A stretch of DNA of 64,000 nucleotides. Origin: Camelus dromedarius. Lineage: Eukaryota. Position numbers and translations under genes: made by a program. Positions within the stretch are counted from its first letter, which is position 1. Each line of letters opens with the position of its first letter. The stretch covers positions 6,324,001 to 6,388,000 of the forward strand of contig NC_087437.1 of NCBI RefSeq assembly GCF_036321535.1, given 5' to 3'. Shown here in pieces: positions 12,476-25,570 of this stretch. The notes beneath the pieces are model-generated. The model was given only the letters and a program-made list of their open reading frames with translations. It was not told the DNA's origin and did not search any database.

Positions 12476-14841
12476 ATAAGGCCTTCAAGTTTATCTATGA
12501 ATAATGTAAGTCAAAATCATGTGGTGAATTAACACGACTCCTTTATCTCTACATCTCATTGCAGTGCCTTGGAAACCTACCACTGAGAGTGAGGTTTGTG
12601 TCCCCTATAATCAGGGGGACACAAACACAGAAATCTGTGCCTCATGGAACTCAGACATCCATTTTTCTCACTGATTTTCACTCCAAAATACATCATCTCT
12701 TGGAATCAGTACTACAAAAAAGCTCTCTGAAAATGTACTTAGCCAAGCTCTGGGCTTCAGTCAATGTGACAGGCATTACTTTAATATTAAACTTTCTAAA
12801 CAACTAATTCCCAGACACTTTTTAACATGTTATCCTTGACAGACCATAAGTACATATACATTTGAGAATCAGACTTTTTAAATGGTATTCCTTCTCAAAT
12901 ATCCCTAAACCCACTGTGCAGGTGGCCAGACAAAGCCAAAATACACCCTTAGTCTCAATATAAATATGAGATGAATATACATAAATCCCAGAAAAGTACT
13001 ATACTAAGAATATACGATAGCAAATCTTCCAGAAAATTCAGACCTGGCCCACCCTACCCCACTCCCAAAGTTGACATAACCAATTGGAAAGGGTTCCGAA
13101 GAGATCATTAAAGTACTTTCTAAAGGCAATTCCAGAATTTCCTTATGAAGAACTTGTCACTATTGCCAGAGGGCTAGACTTGTTTTGACACCTAACAGAG
13201 TTTCTCAGTCAGAATAAGTTTAAAAGGGGCAGTAAGTTTTAGATTAAGCCACTTCTTCTAGCTCTCAGAGGAATAATGTTGACCAGAAAACAAAGCGCTG
13301 TGGTAATAAGGTTCAATCATGTATACATTATGTTACATATAAATTATTTTTAGTAAATAGATTTTAATTCTCAAGTATGAGAATTTTTAAAAATAAAGAC
13401 TAAGTTCAAAAAATATTGTGGTGTATTTTTTTTTTTTAACTGTGATTCCTCTATTCTGACCCTTAGCAGCTTAATCTATTTGGAGCTCTATTTCTAGGAT
13501 CCAATATCTGGTACCTAGAAATCATTTAACATAACTTTATCAATTTGCTAAGCCATGATATTCTGAATTCAACTGAGGCTTCCACGTGCCCAAAACATCC
13601 ATCTATAGACTGGTACAGTTCTCTTCAGGGCTAATCTTTCTTCTTAAACAAAAACCTCTCATCAGAGCAAAACCTTTTCGCAAAGCAGCTGAGCTGCATT
13701 TCCAATGGACTGGTCTTCCCAGCTTCATATAATTAACAATCTCAGTGTGTCTTTGCATGAATGAGCGATTATTAACTAATTTTTTTAGAGTCAAGCTCTT
13801 AAACTACAATAAATATTAGTAACATAACATTATATACTTTTACAAAACCACGCAATTCAAACATACATAAGCAAATTTACAACAGTCTGAGGACAATGAA
13901 CATAAGAAAATCCCAAAATTTTCAGGACTTCAGGTCTTTGCAGAAATGAATTACATACACTAAAAATTTCTAATTTACCTAGCTTTTAGCAACTAGAATT
14001 CTGCTCAACAGAGCTTTGATTTTTCTCAACCTACAATACCATTTTAATTATCCCACAAAGGTTAAATTATGATCAGAAGAAGAAATTTAGGCACAGAAAA
14101 CAGACCAAGTATTTTTCAAAGGAATAAGGACAGTCTTTTAGTAACCAGAAAATCTGACCATGTAGGAAAACAAAGTTCAGCAAACATAAGGGTTCATTTT
14201 ATCAACTCCTATGATTTACAGATCAATAGAGTGTGTATTATTTCAGGGAGGCATAATGGTAAATATTAACATGTATATATTAACATGCTCAATTGCAACA
14301 GACAATCTCATGAGGTTTCTGTGAGTTAAGCAAAAAAAAAAAAAAGGGAAAAAAAAGAAGGGGGGCTTTGTTAACATCTAATAATGCAATACAGAAATTC
14401 TGTTTATGCCGTGTGTAATAATAGATGTTTCCATGATACTGAATAGACTTTTCCACACAAAGACGAAGATCATTCACCAAATTATTGTGACTACTGTATT
14501 ATATTCTGAAAGAAAATGATAAATCATACCAGCCTGCTCCGTAGTGCCAGGCACATTTATCTTGCTAGTCTCTCTCTTCTAAACTATGATAGACTAGAAC
14601 ACAAGAAAAATAGGTCTCTTATTCCATCACTACCCTAGTGCCCACCTCTCTGCTCCTTCCCCTCAGAGTCAATCATAAGCTTCTTAGTAGAGTTTAATTT
14701 CCCTCAAATATTTTTATTTTATTATTTTACTCAAATCTTTAGTTATCTCTAATATATGGGCCATGAGAACATTATAAATAATGGTAATGTAAGATAAAGG
14801 ACTGATACAGAAGTTTAATATGGAAAATTACAGTTAGAAAT

Positions 14842-15208
14842 TATTTTGTGGGAATTTTTATATCATAATTTTTGGAATATACAAATGAAACTAAAATATT
14901 AGCATAAGAAATGTTGAATAATTAACTATGAAAGAATGTCCTTCAGAAGAGAAAAGTTAAACATAGCACTTTACAACAGTAAACCATTATAAGGGTTCAG
15001 CTCACACATTTTAAAAATCTTTTTGTTAAAGTCCAAACATACACTTTGACAAACAGGTAACTTCTATACTCAACAACAACAAATAACCCCAAACTACTAA
15101 ATCATATCATGATCCCCAAAAAAGGATCCCAATGTACACCAACAGCTTCAGATAAAACAGGAAATTCCAATTCTGACTACACTGTGCAACACAGTAAGAA
15201 AGAGAAGA
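14842..15208 (+). repeat. Local duplication, copy 1
   Basis: Collinear with 16020-16396; both contain gaatgtccttcagaagagaaaagttaaacatagc and caccaacagcttcagataaaacaggaaattccaa. Confidence 0.95.
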
Positions 15209-16019
15209 CTGAGAAGAAATGGCTTAACCAAATTCCTCTCCAACAGTAAATTTAATTCTACTGAGGAGAATGATTAACCATGCAAAAACTGCTATAGCTA
15301 TTAGATTAAAATCAGGTATCTTCCAGAATATCTTTTGGAAAGTAATACACAGATAATATCCTACAGAAGAGAAGTGATCTAAAAAGCCAGGTAACTATTT
15401 AAAAAGTAATAATTTTTTACACTGTCGTTATTTGCAAGAAATTTAAACGACTATCATTAGTCTGAGATTGTTATAACCCATTCGTACAAACTGCAACTTA
15501 AAATATTTTCTCAATAACATCTAGTGTGCACTCTAAAAATTTCTGTATATAGTAGTGAATAAAAATGGAATGCAAATTTAATTCATTTTAAAATTTTACA
15601 TAATGAATGTGTGGGGACTTACAGCCTTCCTTCATTATGACCTACACTTTTACTTGAAATTCTCTATAAATTTGAATCCACATTATCCACTTTCTGTACT
15701 CATTCTAATTAATAACTTAATATAACTGAACCTAACTATATATGTTTTATTTTTTATATTTGAAACCTGCAGTTATCAGAGGTTGTGAAGGAAAAGAAAC
15801 CAAAGTTGAGCTGAAAGGGAGAGAGAGGTAGAGCACATTTGCAAATTCACAGCTGACCCTCTGACTCCCCTGTTTGCTGACTTCTGAAGAGCTACAGTCA
15901 GCACCACAATCCCAGGATTCAGGACGTACCGGAGTCAAGCAGAAAAATGACTGCTCAATTCTTGCAGAACAGACTAACAATCTCTTTGTTTATGAAGTTT
16001 ACTGAAGGCTTTCTTTTAC

Positions 16020-16396
16020 TATTTTATGGAAAAGTTTATATCATAATGTTTGGAAAACAGAATGAAATTAAAATAATTAGCTTAAGAAATGTTTAATTTA
16101 ATACAATTAAATATGAGAGAATGTCCTTCAGAAGAGAAAAGTTAAACATAGCTCTTTAAAACAGTAAACCTTTATAAGGGTTCAGCTCATACATTTTAAA
16201 AATGTTTTCGTTAAAATCCAAACATACACTTTGACAAACATTAATTTCTATACTCAACAACAATGACAAATAACCCAAAACTACTAAATCATATCATGAC
16301 CCCCAAAAGAAGGATCCCAATACACACCAACAGCTTCAGATAAAACAGGAAATTCCAACTCTGACTACACTGTGCAACATAATAAGAAAGAGGAGA
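16020..16396 (+). repeat. Local duplication, copy 2
   Basis: Direct repeat of 14842-15208 with scattered substitutions and small indels. Confidence 0.95.
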
Positions 16397-16509
16397 AAAT
16401 AAAAATACAGAAGATTAAAAATTTATTTTATTTACAGAAAATAAAAATAAAGATTCAAAAATAACAGTTGCCTGTTATGCGACCCACTAGGAGCAAAACT
16501 ATAGCATCT

Positions 16510-16915
16510 ATTGCCATAGAGTCAGAAAAAGAAAACATTTTGATAATATTCAGTGCCATTCATGGTTTTTAAATCAAAATCACATTTTAACCAGAAAACA
16601 AGAAAACTACCTTAAAGTGATTAAGTGAGTAAAATGCATCTTTCAAAAATCCACAGCAAACATCATACATAATGGTAACACATCAGAAGCATTGCCCTTT
16701 AAAAAAGAGTAAGACACAGATGCCCACTAACACCACTTTTACTAGAGGTTGTACTAAAACTTCCGAGACAGCACAGTAAGATAAAAAATGAAAGGCATAA
16801 AGAAGGGAAGAAACAAAGTTGTAATTTTTTCAGTTACAACAGTCAAGACATCAAGATCAACAGACATTTTATTAGATTTAATAAGAGAATATTCTGGAAG
16901 TTTGGTGGATACATA
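16510..16915 (+). mobile_element. Old L1M ORF2 (RT region) fragment
   Basis: 'aaatccacagcaaacatcatacataatggt...agacacagatgcccactaacaccact' are L1 RT nucleotide motifs. Confidence 0.75.
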
Positions 16916-16919
16916 ATAA

Positions 16920-17560
16920 GGTTTCAGATTTTGATTTAATATGTTTAGTTTCCCTAATTCATGATTCTCTTTCCCTTTCTGTGTCTTCCGCAGTTGGGTT
17001 AAGTCTTCATTAAGAGTCACCAACCAGAACTACAAGAGTGGTAAGCCCTAACATTTGGTAACAACGGGGTAACATACCTCCTTTCTCAGATAGGTTGCAT
17101 TTTCATCACTTTCTAGACCTATATCAAATTGCTGCTCTAATTAAAATATTCTTTTAGTTGCCATTTGTGGCCAGATCATCAGAGTAGGCCAGTATTTCTA
17201 GGTATACTCTGAAATATTTCCAATAGATCCTATTTCTTTCCCATATCAGAATAAATCAGTCACAACTCATTATTCTTAGTAAAATAGTCCAATTTACTTA
17301 AAATATCACTTTGATGCTGTCGAAAATGAGAGCTCTTTGCCAGGTCCCTGCCCACCACGCAGCCTTCGGGATACTTCTGCACTCATTCCTCACCATTTGT
17401 TTTCCCGGCATTTTGCTTCCCACATCTGAGTATCGTGTGAAAATCTGAAATGTTTCACTACGTGCTTCCAGAGGGTTCCCACCATTTACAGATACCATTC
17501 CATTTAAAAGGGCCTACTCACCTTACTTTTCATTTCCTATTGCTAATTTGGTTTCCAATC
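16920..17560 (-). mobile_element. Possible highly decayed CR1/L3 fragment
   Basis: Minus-strand 'gtagttctgg...gaagacttaacccaactgcggaagacacagaaaggg' resembles the CR1 QFW..KKDI..LE.VQRRA-coding segment. Similarity is weak. Confidence 0.3.
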
Positions 17561-17829
17561 CATGACTGATTTTGTAAATTGTCACTTATTTCACATTTTA
17601 CAAACTTTTTCAAAGTTTAGCAAAATATTAGCATTATTTGCCTATTTAACTTTTCAAAAACTCTTCCCACTTTGATTATGGGACATTTTTCTTCAACATT
17701 ATCTTTACAAAAGTCCAAATCTCTTTTTTTAATAACTCCTGCCCTTTTCAAATTACTGAAATTGTCCTCTCAAATGCCAACTGTAATGTCCTTTCCCACG
17801 TCTTTATACTCCTTCATTCTCTGCAGTCT

Positions 17830-18700
17830 TAGTATCCAAGATCTCCTTCCTATAATTCTCTTTCCTCTGTTTCTATAATTTTTTTCCCCAGCAGTAGACC
17901 CATTCATTTCTGAGCCTTTTCTGATGCTGCCGCCTTACTAACATACAGGGGGTTCTCCAAGATCTTCCTTTGGCTGAGTCCTTTCTCATTTCATCCATCT
18001 TCCTTTTTGTGGCTTAGCAATCTCATTCAAATTTCATGCCATGCCTGCAACTATCACTTTCTGTCCTCATGTATGTCTCTAGGCCTGGCCTGGATCTCAA
18101 AAACTAAGACCACAGCTGGCATGTACATAACACCCAAAGTAGACGCTGCCAGTTGGTTGGATGATGCCTCAAATGACTTCTCAAAGCTGCTCTGGACAGT
18201 CACTACCTATCGGATGGAGCCAGCCTGAAGAAGAAACCTCCTTACCAAGTCCAGTCATCCTTAAGTGTGTCCACCTGATCATCCACATCAGCACCTTAGA
18301 CACAATATATCAAATGCAGAACTTGGTAACTTTCTCCAAAACTTTCTATTCCACCTGCTTCACTTTGTAAGGATATCTTGGAGTCTTTAATAATTCTCTT
18401 TTGTACCTTCAGATCCACTTTGTTTTCAAATCTTACGGAATAACACTGTGGTATCAATCAAATTTGTCTCTTTTCATTCTCCAATGTCATGTCCTAAAAT
18501 AAGCACTTAATACCTCTTAACAAAGCTGCTAAAACTGCTAGCTTCCTAACTAGCCTCCCATCTGCAGTCCCTTCCCTTTTTTCCCCCAATCTTACTAAGT
18601 GCTGCAAAAGTAATCTGATCATCTCACTTACCTATGAGCATCCAGTGGCCACTCATATTCTTTATTCTTGCAATCAGTAACCTTGACAATGTAGCTGTTA
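17830..18700 (+). mobile_element. LINE-2 fragment
   Basis: Pyrimidine-rich L2 body: 'agcaatctcattc', 'tcctaactagcctccc', 'atctgatcatctcact'. Confidence 0.6.
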
Positions 18701-18849
18701 GGTTACTTCTAATCTTACTTGTATGTCTCCACTTTATATATTCTCTCTTTCCCTCTTCTTCTCCCTCTCTCTATTTTTTTTCTACCAAATATAGCGTCTC
18801 TATCTTTTACCCATGATGCTTCTTCTGGTTGACAGGGTCTCCCTTTCCT

Positions 18850-19610
18850 TTGGGCTAGAGGGAACTAGAGAGTGGAGAGATAATCAACACAACCTGATAA
18901 TGCAGTGGATAAACATGATGAATGAAAAAGAACCAAGGAAGATGCTCAGATTTCCAGCTTCTACAATGAGACATATAATGATCCCAGTCAAATAAAATCG
19001 GAAGCATTTGAGGAGGGGGGTTAAAACTTATATTGTGAAATGCTTGTGAAGATTCAAAGTGGAAATGGACACCATGTCAGGTGGACATGCAGATCTTGAT
19101 CTCAGAAGACAGGTGTAAACTAGAGATGTTACTCTCAGAGTAACTATAATAGTTATCTATAACTGTAATGATAATTTAGCTCATATGTTTGCTTAGAAAG
19201 CTAATATACATAAAGTTCAAAAAGAAGATAGAATAGAACCTTTAAAAGAGGCCTAGAACATGCCATTAGAAGCCAAGTAGAGAAGGAAGAACCAGAAGAC
19301 TGACAGGGAACAATAGAAGAATGCGACTTTACAGAAGCTGAGGGGGCAAGCATGTTTAGAAGAAGGCATGGTCTGCAACGCTGAATGCTACTAAGAGGAA
19401 GAGTAATAAAGTAAGACAAAGATGGGGGGAAACGCCCCGTTACACTTAGTAACATAAAGTCTTGAAGGTGGCTTTAGTTTGGACAATGGAGAAACCACTG
19501 GAATTGTTTGAGGAGTGAAAGTGAGAGGTGAGGAAGTGAAAGGGAACAGTTGGTCAGGTAGGGACAACTCCTTCAAAAACTTTGGCTGTGAAAGGGAAGA
19601 GAGCTATAAT
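18850..19610 (-). mobile_element. LINE-2 fragment
   Basis: 'ggaagatgctcagatttccagctt', 'gacaactccttcaaaaactttggctgtgaaaggga' are antisense L2 motifs. Confidence 0.7.
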
Positions 19611-19719
19611 AGACAATGATACATGACAGTGCACATAAATACACACGTAAGTGCTCCGAGTGCCTCTGAAGCCCTTTGAACAGTGCAGTAGCTCATGCAG
19701 TTCTCTTTCCTTCCACTGA

Positions 19720-22700
19720 TAGTTCTCAATGTAACACCATTCATCCCTACTAAAGTCAGGAATAAGGCAAGAATGCCCACTATGACCTCTGTTACTTTTT
19801 TCTGCACATATTAGTCATTAAAATCAAACCACTAGAATTGTACAAAAAAAAAAAAAAAAAGAAAGAAAACTATTTGCAGATGACTTGATGCAGATGACAT
19901 GGAAAGTCCTAGAAAATCAATGATGAAACTTAAAAAAATAGAAGAATTCAGCATGGTAGCAGTATATAAAATAAACATGCAAAAAAAATCAGTAACACTC
20001 ACATATACAAAAAAAAGATAGGATATATAATGAGGAAGTCTCATTTAAAACAGTAATAAAAATATTAAATACTTAGAAACAGACAGAAATATACAAAACC
20101 TACATGAAGAAGAATAAACACTTTTCAAACACACAAAAGTAGGCCTTGAAAAGAAACTAGTTGTCCTTGGTTAGGATGTCTCAACATCAATATGTCAAAA
20201 ATTTACAGATTTAACTGGGTTCGACAATTTGTTTTTCAAGTTCAAGTGGAAAAGCTCAGGTAAAGCTAGAAAACGTTAAAAAGAAATAGATATTGGGGGG
20301 GAGGAGCTCTCATTAAAAGATACTAGACAATAAAACATATGACAAGGCCTCTACAATTAAGCCAGCATGGTGCTGCTGGGTGAACAGACAGACCAATGAG
20401 ACAGAACAGAAAGTCCAAAAATAGACTGAGCCATGATAAAGGTGACATCCCAGAACACTGGTACAAGAATAGTCTTTTTTTATCATTGATACATGCATCC
20501 CAGTGTTCATAGCAGCACTATTTAATATAGCTAAGACATGGAAACAACCTAAATGTCCATCAACAGATGATTGGATAAAGAAGTTGTGGTATATATACAG
20601 AATGGAATACTACTCAGCCATAAAAAAGAATAAAATGCCATTTGCAGCAACATGAATGGACCTGGAGATTGTCATACTAAGTGAAGTAATCCAGAAAGAG
20701 AAAGAAAAATACTGTATGATATCATTTATATGTGTAATCTTAAAGAAAAAAAAAAGACACAAATGAATTTATTTACAAAACAGACTCACAGGCATAGAAA
20801 ACAAACTTATGGTTACCAGGCCAGGGGTGGGGGGAAAGGTGGGAAATGGGAGGTGGAAAGATAAAGTGGGATTATCAGATACCAACTACTATACGTAAAA
20901 TAGATAAACCAGGTCCTACTGCATAGCACAGGGAATGATATTCAATATCTTACAATAACCTGTAATGAAAAAGAACATGAAAAGGAATATATGTATGTAT
21001 AACTGAATCACTACGCTGTACACTAGAAATTAATACAACATTGTAAACCAACTATTCTTCAATTAAAAAAAAAAAACAAGAATGGTCTTTTTAGCAATTG
21101 GATAGACATTGGCGGGGGGGATAAAAATCTGATCTGTTCCTCACACCACACACAAAAATAAACTCTAAATGGATCAGAGATTTAAATGAAAAAAAAGAAA
21201 TGAAACTACACAAGTACTTTTCTAAAAAGCTGAGTTCCTCCTATAAGCTAGGAATTTATAAAAGTCTTTCTAACTAGAACTAAAATACAAACACAAAACT
21301 TTTACATGACAGAAAAAATACCACAAGCAAAATCAAAAGAGAGATGATAAATTGGAGAAGATATTTGCAGTATACATCACTGATAAATAGCTAATATCAC
21401 TACAAACAACTTTCAAAAAGATCAAACATCCTATCGAAAGTGGCTTTTAAACATATGAAAAGACATTCAACTCCACTCATAGTAAGATGAAATGGAAATT
21501 AAATGTACACTGAGACACCATTTCTCATTTATCAGACTGCGGAAAATTCAAAAGTTCTACAGTATGCTCTGTTGGCAAGGCTGTAGGGAAACAGGTCCTC
21601 CCAGACATTACTAGTGGAAATGCAAAATGGTACAACCACACACAAGCAACCTGGGCAATATCCAATAAAACTACATAAGCATTTACTCTTTGAAGTAGTG
21701 CGCCCACTTCCAGGAGGTTACCCTGAGGATAAACCGGCAACATTAGGAAAATACATAAACACGACGATACTTGGCACAGCATTATTTGTAATGGCAAAAT
21801 ATTGGGAACTTTTTCAATACCCATGCATAAGAGACTGGTTGAATGGTACATACACAAGATAAAGTAGTAAGCATTTGTAAAAATGAATGAGAAATCTCTG
21901 TAAACTGATGTGAAGTGATCTCCAAGAGGTACTGATAAATAAAAAATTGCAGAAGAACATATATTGTATGCTACATTTAGTAAGAAAGGGGAAATAAGAA
22001 AAAATGCAGGAAAAATTTTCTGCTTATCTTTATAAAAGGAAGGATGAATTAAAAAACAGTAAAGTTGGTTACCTATAAAGGATGGAGTAAATGAGGGACA
22101 TGGATGGATGTTTTCATCCCATTTTATTTTTTGGAAAAGTAAATAATTTTTTATATATTCAAAAAATTAAATCAACAAGGACATGAAGCTGAAAGAAAAC
22201 TAAAATGAGTGAACTCAATTGTTATATTTCAAATTAATACCATATCCACACTTAAGTGATAAAAAAGAAAGAAGAAATCCAAGTTAATTATGAGGACAGC
22301 ACTGATTATATGTACTCACAGGGGCAAGGAGGGAGAACTGCAAACAAATCTTGAACTCTTTCTAGTAAACTTGTTTGTTTCACTGCTATAATAAACCAAT
22401 TCTGAAATATTTTACATCTATTATTGAGTTGTACAAATAAGTTAATAAGTTAATGTGTTCTTCCTGTGAAAGAAGGGATGTATAAATATGGAAAAGTGGA
22501 AAACCAGCAAGAACCCTCAGGAGATGGATTAGAACTAAAGATAGCGGTATGAATAAAGATCTCTAAAATGTGTACATATATGTCTATCAGTATGAATGTC
22601 TGTGTTTTATATGCATGTATCAATATAAATGTACATATACATATGCCTATGCTTCCTAGATCTCTCCTCTAAAAAGCCTAAACCCACAGCAATGAGTGCA

Positions 22701-23975
22701 GTCCACAAGCAATCAGAACACTAGTGCTCAGAGCTTGGTCCTCCAGTTAAGACAATCCAAGCTCTTCAGAGAAATGGTTGACAAGAGCCACAGGGGTAGA
22801 ACACATCAGAGGTAAGTCTGTGACATCTTGCTTTGCCAGAAAGTAAGGAGGCACTCAAAAATGTGATGGGGGAATGCCTGCACTTTCTACTAACCAAACC
22901 TGGACAATCTGGGCACCCAAATAATTGAATAAAGAATGATAAACCATTGAAAAGAGCAGATATCCTTGAGCTCATACCAAGATAAATGAGTGAATGATTA
23001 AGTAAGTGAATCAATCAATCAGTCAATCAGAATGGTTTCTGCTTAGAGTAGAATGCTGATGCTAACTGGAAGGAGGGCTGGAATTGGAACGTCAGCAGTT
23101 TGCAGTCATTATTTTAAAAAAAAAACTGTGCCAGGCAAGAATCATCAATAGATGCTAAATCTAGGTGAAAATTTTGATGCTGAGCAGGGTATTTGCATGA
23201 TCTTCAAGTGTTTCCCCACTGACTGCTTATTATAGTTACAAGGGGAAGAAAAAAAAAACACTTTTAACTCTTCAGTGGAGAATCTGATAACACTCTGGCT
23301 GAATGATCAAAATTAACATTACCAACGTTGCTGCAGGTGTGCTATCCTGAGAAGGCTACAACATCATTCATAAGGTATTCTGTTTGGAATAAATAACCTG
23401 AATCTAATCATGAGGAAACAGCAGACAATCCCAAATGAGGAGTGACAGATAAACAGACAGACAGACAAATGAAGGACTGTATCACTCAAAAATGTCAATG
23501 TCATAAAACACAAAGAAAGGCTATATAACCATCTGAAATTAAAGAAGGCATAAGAGACATGGCAACTAAATACCATCCTTGGTCCTAGACTGGATTCTCA
23601 TCGAAGGGAAAAAGATGCTTACATAGGAATATTGCTGGGATATATGACAAATTTGGAATATGGATGATAGATTAAATACTAGTATTAAATTTACTGAACC
23701 TGATGATTGTACTATAGTTATGGAAGAAAGCATCCCTATTAGGAAATATACACTGACATACTTTCAGACATAAATGCAATCTCTGTTCAAACCATTCAGG
23801 AAAAATAATTGAGAGAGAGTGCATGTGCGCGTGTGCTGAGAGAGGAAGGGATGGGAAGCACCTGCGTGATAAACAAGGTAAAATGTTAACAGTAGGTGAA
23901 TCTGGGTAAAGATTATACTATTCTTACTGTTACAACTCTTCCATAAGTTTGAAATTATTCTTAAGTATTTTTAAA
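19720..23975 (+). mobile_element. Old L1M (L1MC/L1MD-type): ORF2 3' half plus long 3'UTR, interrupted by a younger L1
   Basis: 'tatttgcagatgac' (FADD-coding region), 'ataaactctaaatggatcagagatttaaa' and the 3'UTR motifs 'caggcaagaatcatcaatagatgctaaa' and 'aacctgaatctaatcatgaggaaaca'. Confidence 0.88.
20480..21075 (+). mobile_element. Younger lineage-specific L1 3' end nested in the old L1M
   Basis: L1 3'UTR ending in poly(A); 17-bp TSD acaagaat(a/g)gtcttttt at 20463-20479 and 21076-21092. Confidence 0.93.
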
Positions 23976-24009
23976 CCAGACACTTACTAGTTTTCCTGCC
24001 ATGTTATTC

Positions 24010-24120
24010 CTATGTTACAGGTGAAGAGGGTGAGGCCTCATGATGTGAAGAAATGAGGAGGAGAGCCCAGTTCGTCTTACTCCAGAGTCAGTGCTGATTT
24101 TAACTATCACAATGCACTGC
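24010..24120 (-). mobile_element. MIR fragment
   Basis: 'ttacaggtgaagagggtgaggc...actccagagtcagtgct'. Confidence 0.5.
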
Positions 24121-24869
24121 ATTTGGGGGGTTAGATTCACCGTCACCTTTAGCTCTAAGATGTCCAAGGTGGTTTGGTCTGCCCTGTTACCTTCTGAAAT
24201 TCTCTCCTGTCTTTCCCGTTCCCCCAGCTGCAGGCCCCAGTCGCTACAGCTGCATCCTGTCGCTGGCTCTCCAGCACACAGTGCACTGGCCAAGTTAACT
24301 TTTTACAGATCCCTTGGGAAAATCCAATGTTCTGGATTTTAGCTCTCATCCATTTACTGGGATATACTACATTCCAATAAGCACCTAGAGGGCAGACCTG
24401 TATCTTTCTCACTATTATATGCCCGAGGTCAAGTGTAGAGCCTACTTTATTTAGGGATTTCAGTTCCCACTCATTGTACTGAAATGTTTAACTTGCTTCA
24501 TCGCTCTTGGGTTCCCTCATTCTTGCCAACACTGGGAACACTCAATTTCCTTCCTACCATTTGCCACCAAATTTGACTGGGATCTAGTCAACATTCACTT
24601 TCTAAAAGATGCTGTCTCAATTTCAGCTCTGGAAATGTCTGCCACACTCAATTCCTTCAGTACACAACGGCTGTACCGGTATCTTTTGCACTTAAATAAC
24701 AATATTGGAAAGTGTGTTTTATGTGGCATAACATCATGAGAATTTCAAAAGTTTACTTCATCTCTTATTTTGATTAAGAAAAACAAATACTGGAAAGAAG
24801 CCAGAGTGTGCATATGCTAAAAGAAAAGATAATAATGGTTGTGTTAAAAAAATGAAAACACAAGGATGC

Positions 24870-25078
24870 TGGATGCTATGGTCAAGTAAATTTGGAAAAT
24901 GCTAAATTGAATTAGGTTACGCTAAGTTCTCTGATCTTTTAACACAGACCAATGTACACTGCGATTCTGCTAGAGAGGAGCCAAGTGTACAGTGCTATCC
25001 ACTTCCTTCCAGGCACTCATTATACTCAGAGCATGTCCCGCAAAATACGTACCATAGAATATACTTTGGAAATGCTGA
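24870..25078. mobile_element. hAT-Charlie DNA transposon relic (MER103-like)
   Basis: 'ggtcaagtaaatttggaaaatgct' and the terminus 'atactttggaaatgctg'. Confidence 0.5.
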
Positions 25079-25159
25079 CTACACTATTACTGAGAGAAAA
25101 CATCAGAATATCGTGAACTTGATGAGACAATTAAAAACCAAGAGAAACCAACTGCTTAC

Positions 25160-25362
25160 CATTAGCAGTCATGTGAAGCATCCCACGTATAGTACAGAGT
25201 AGTTACTGATTCCAATTGTAATTACTTAATGACCAAAACTCTGTGAGTTCCAGATCAAATACTTTTCTACTTCGGGGCCCCTGTAAAATTCTGATGTGAA
25301 CTTCCTAATGCCTCCTCCGGCTCCTGAACTGCAGATGACAAATTCCAACTGGCACCCCACAA
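25160..25362 (-). other. Candidate non-coding exon, 203 bp
   Basis: Minus strand reads tgtgtgtgtttcag|TTGTGG...CTAATG|gtaagc in unique sequence between two DNA-transposon relics. Confidence 0.35.
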
Positions 25363-25402
25363 CTGAAACACACACATACAGAGCCAGTGAGAAGCCATTA
25401 TA

Positions 25403-25570
25403 ACAGTGCTTCTCAAATTTTAATGTGGATACAAATCACCAGGGAACTTTGATTAAAATGCAGATTCTGATATAGTCGGGAGTGGGGTTAGCCCAATATT
25501 CTGTATTTCTAGCAAGCTCTCAGGTAGCATCAGTGCTGTTGAAGTAGGGGCTTCATTTTGGGTGAGTATT
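25403..25570. mobile_element. hAT-Charlie MITE (MER5-like)
   Basis: 'cagtgcttctcaaatttt...aaatcacc...aaaatgcagattctg...ctgtatttctagcaagctc'. Confidence 0.75.
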
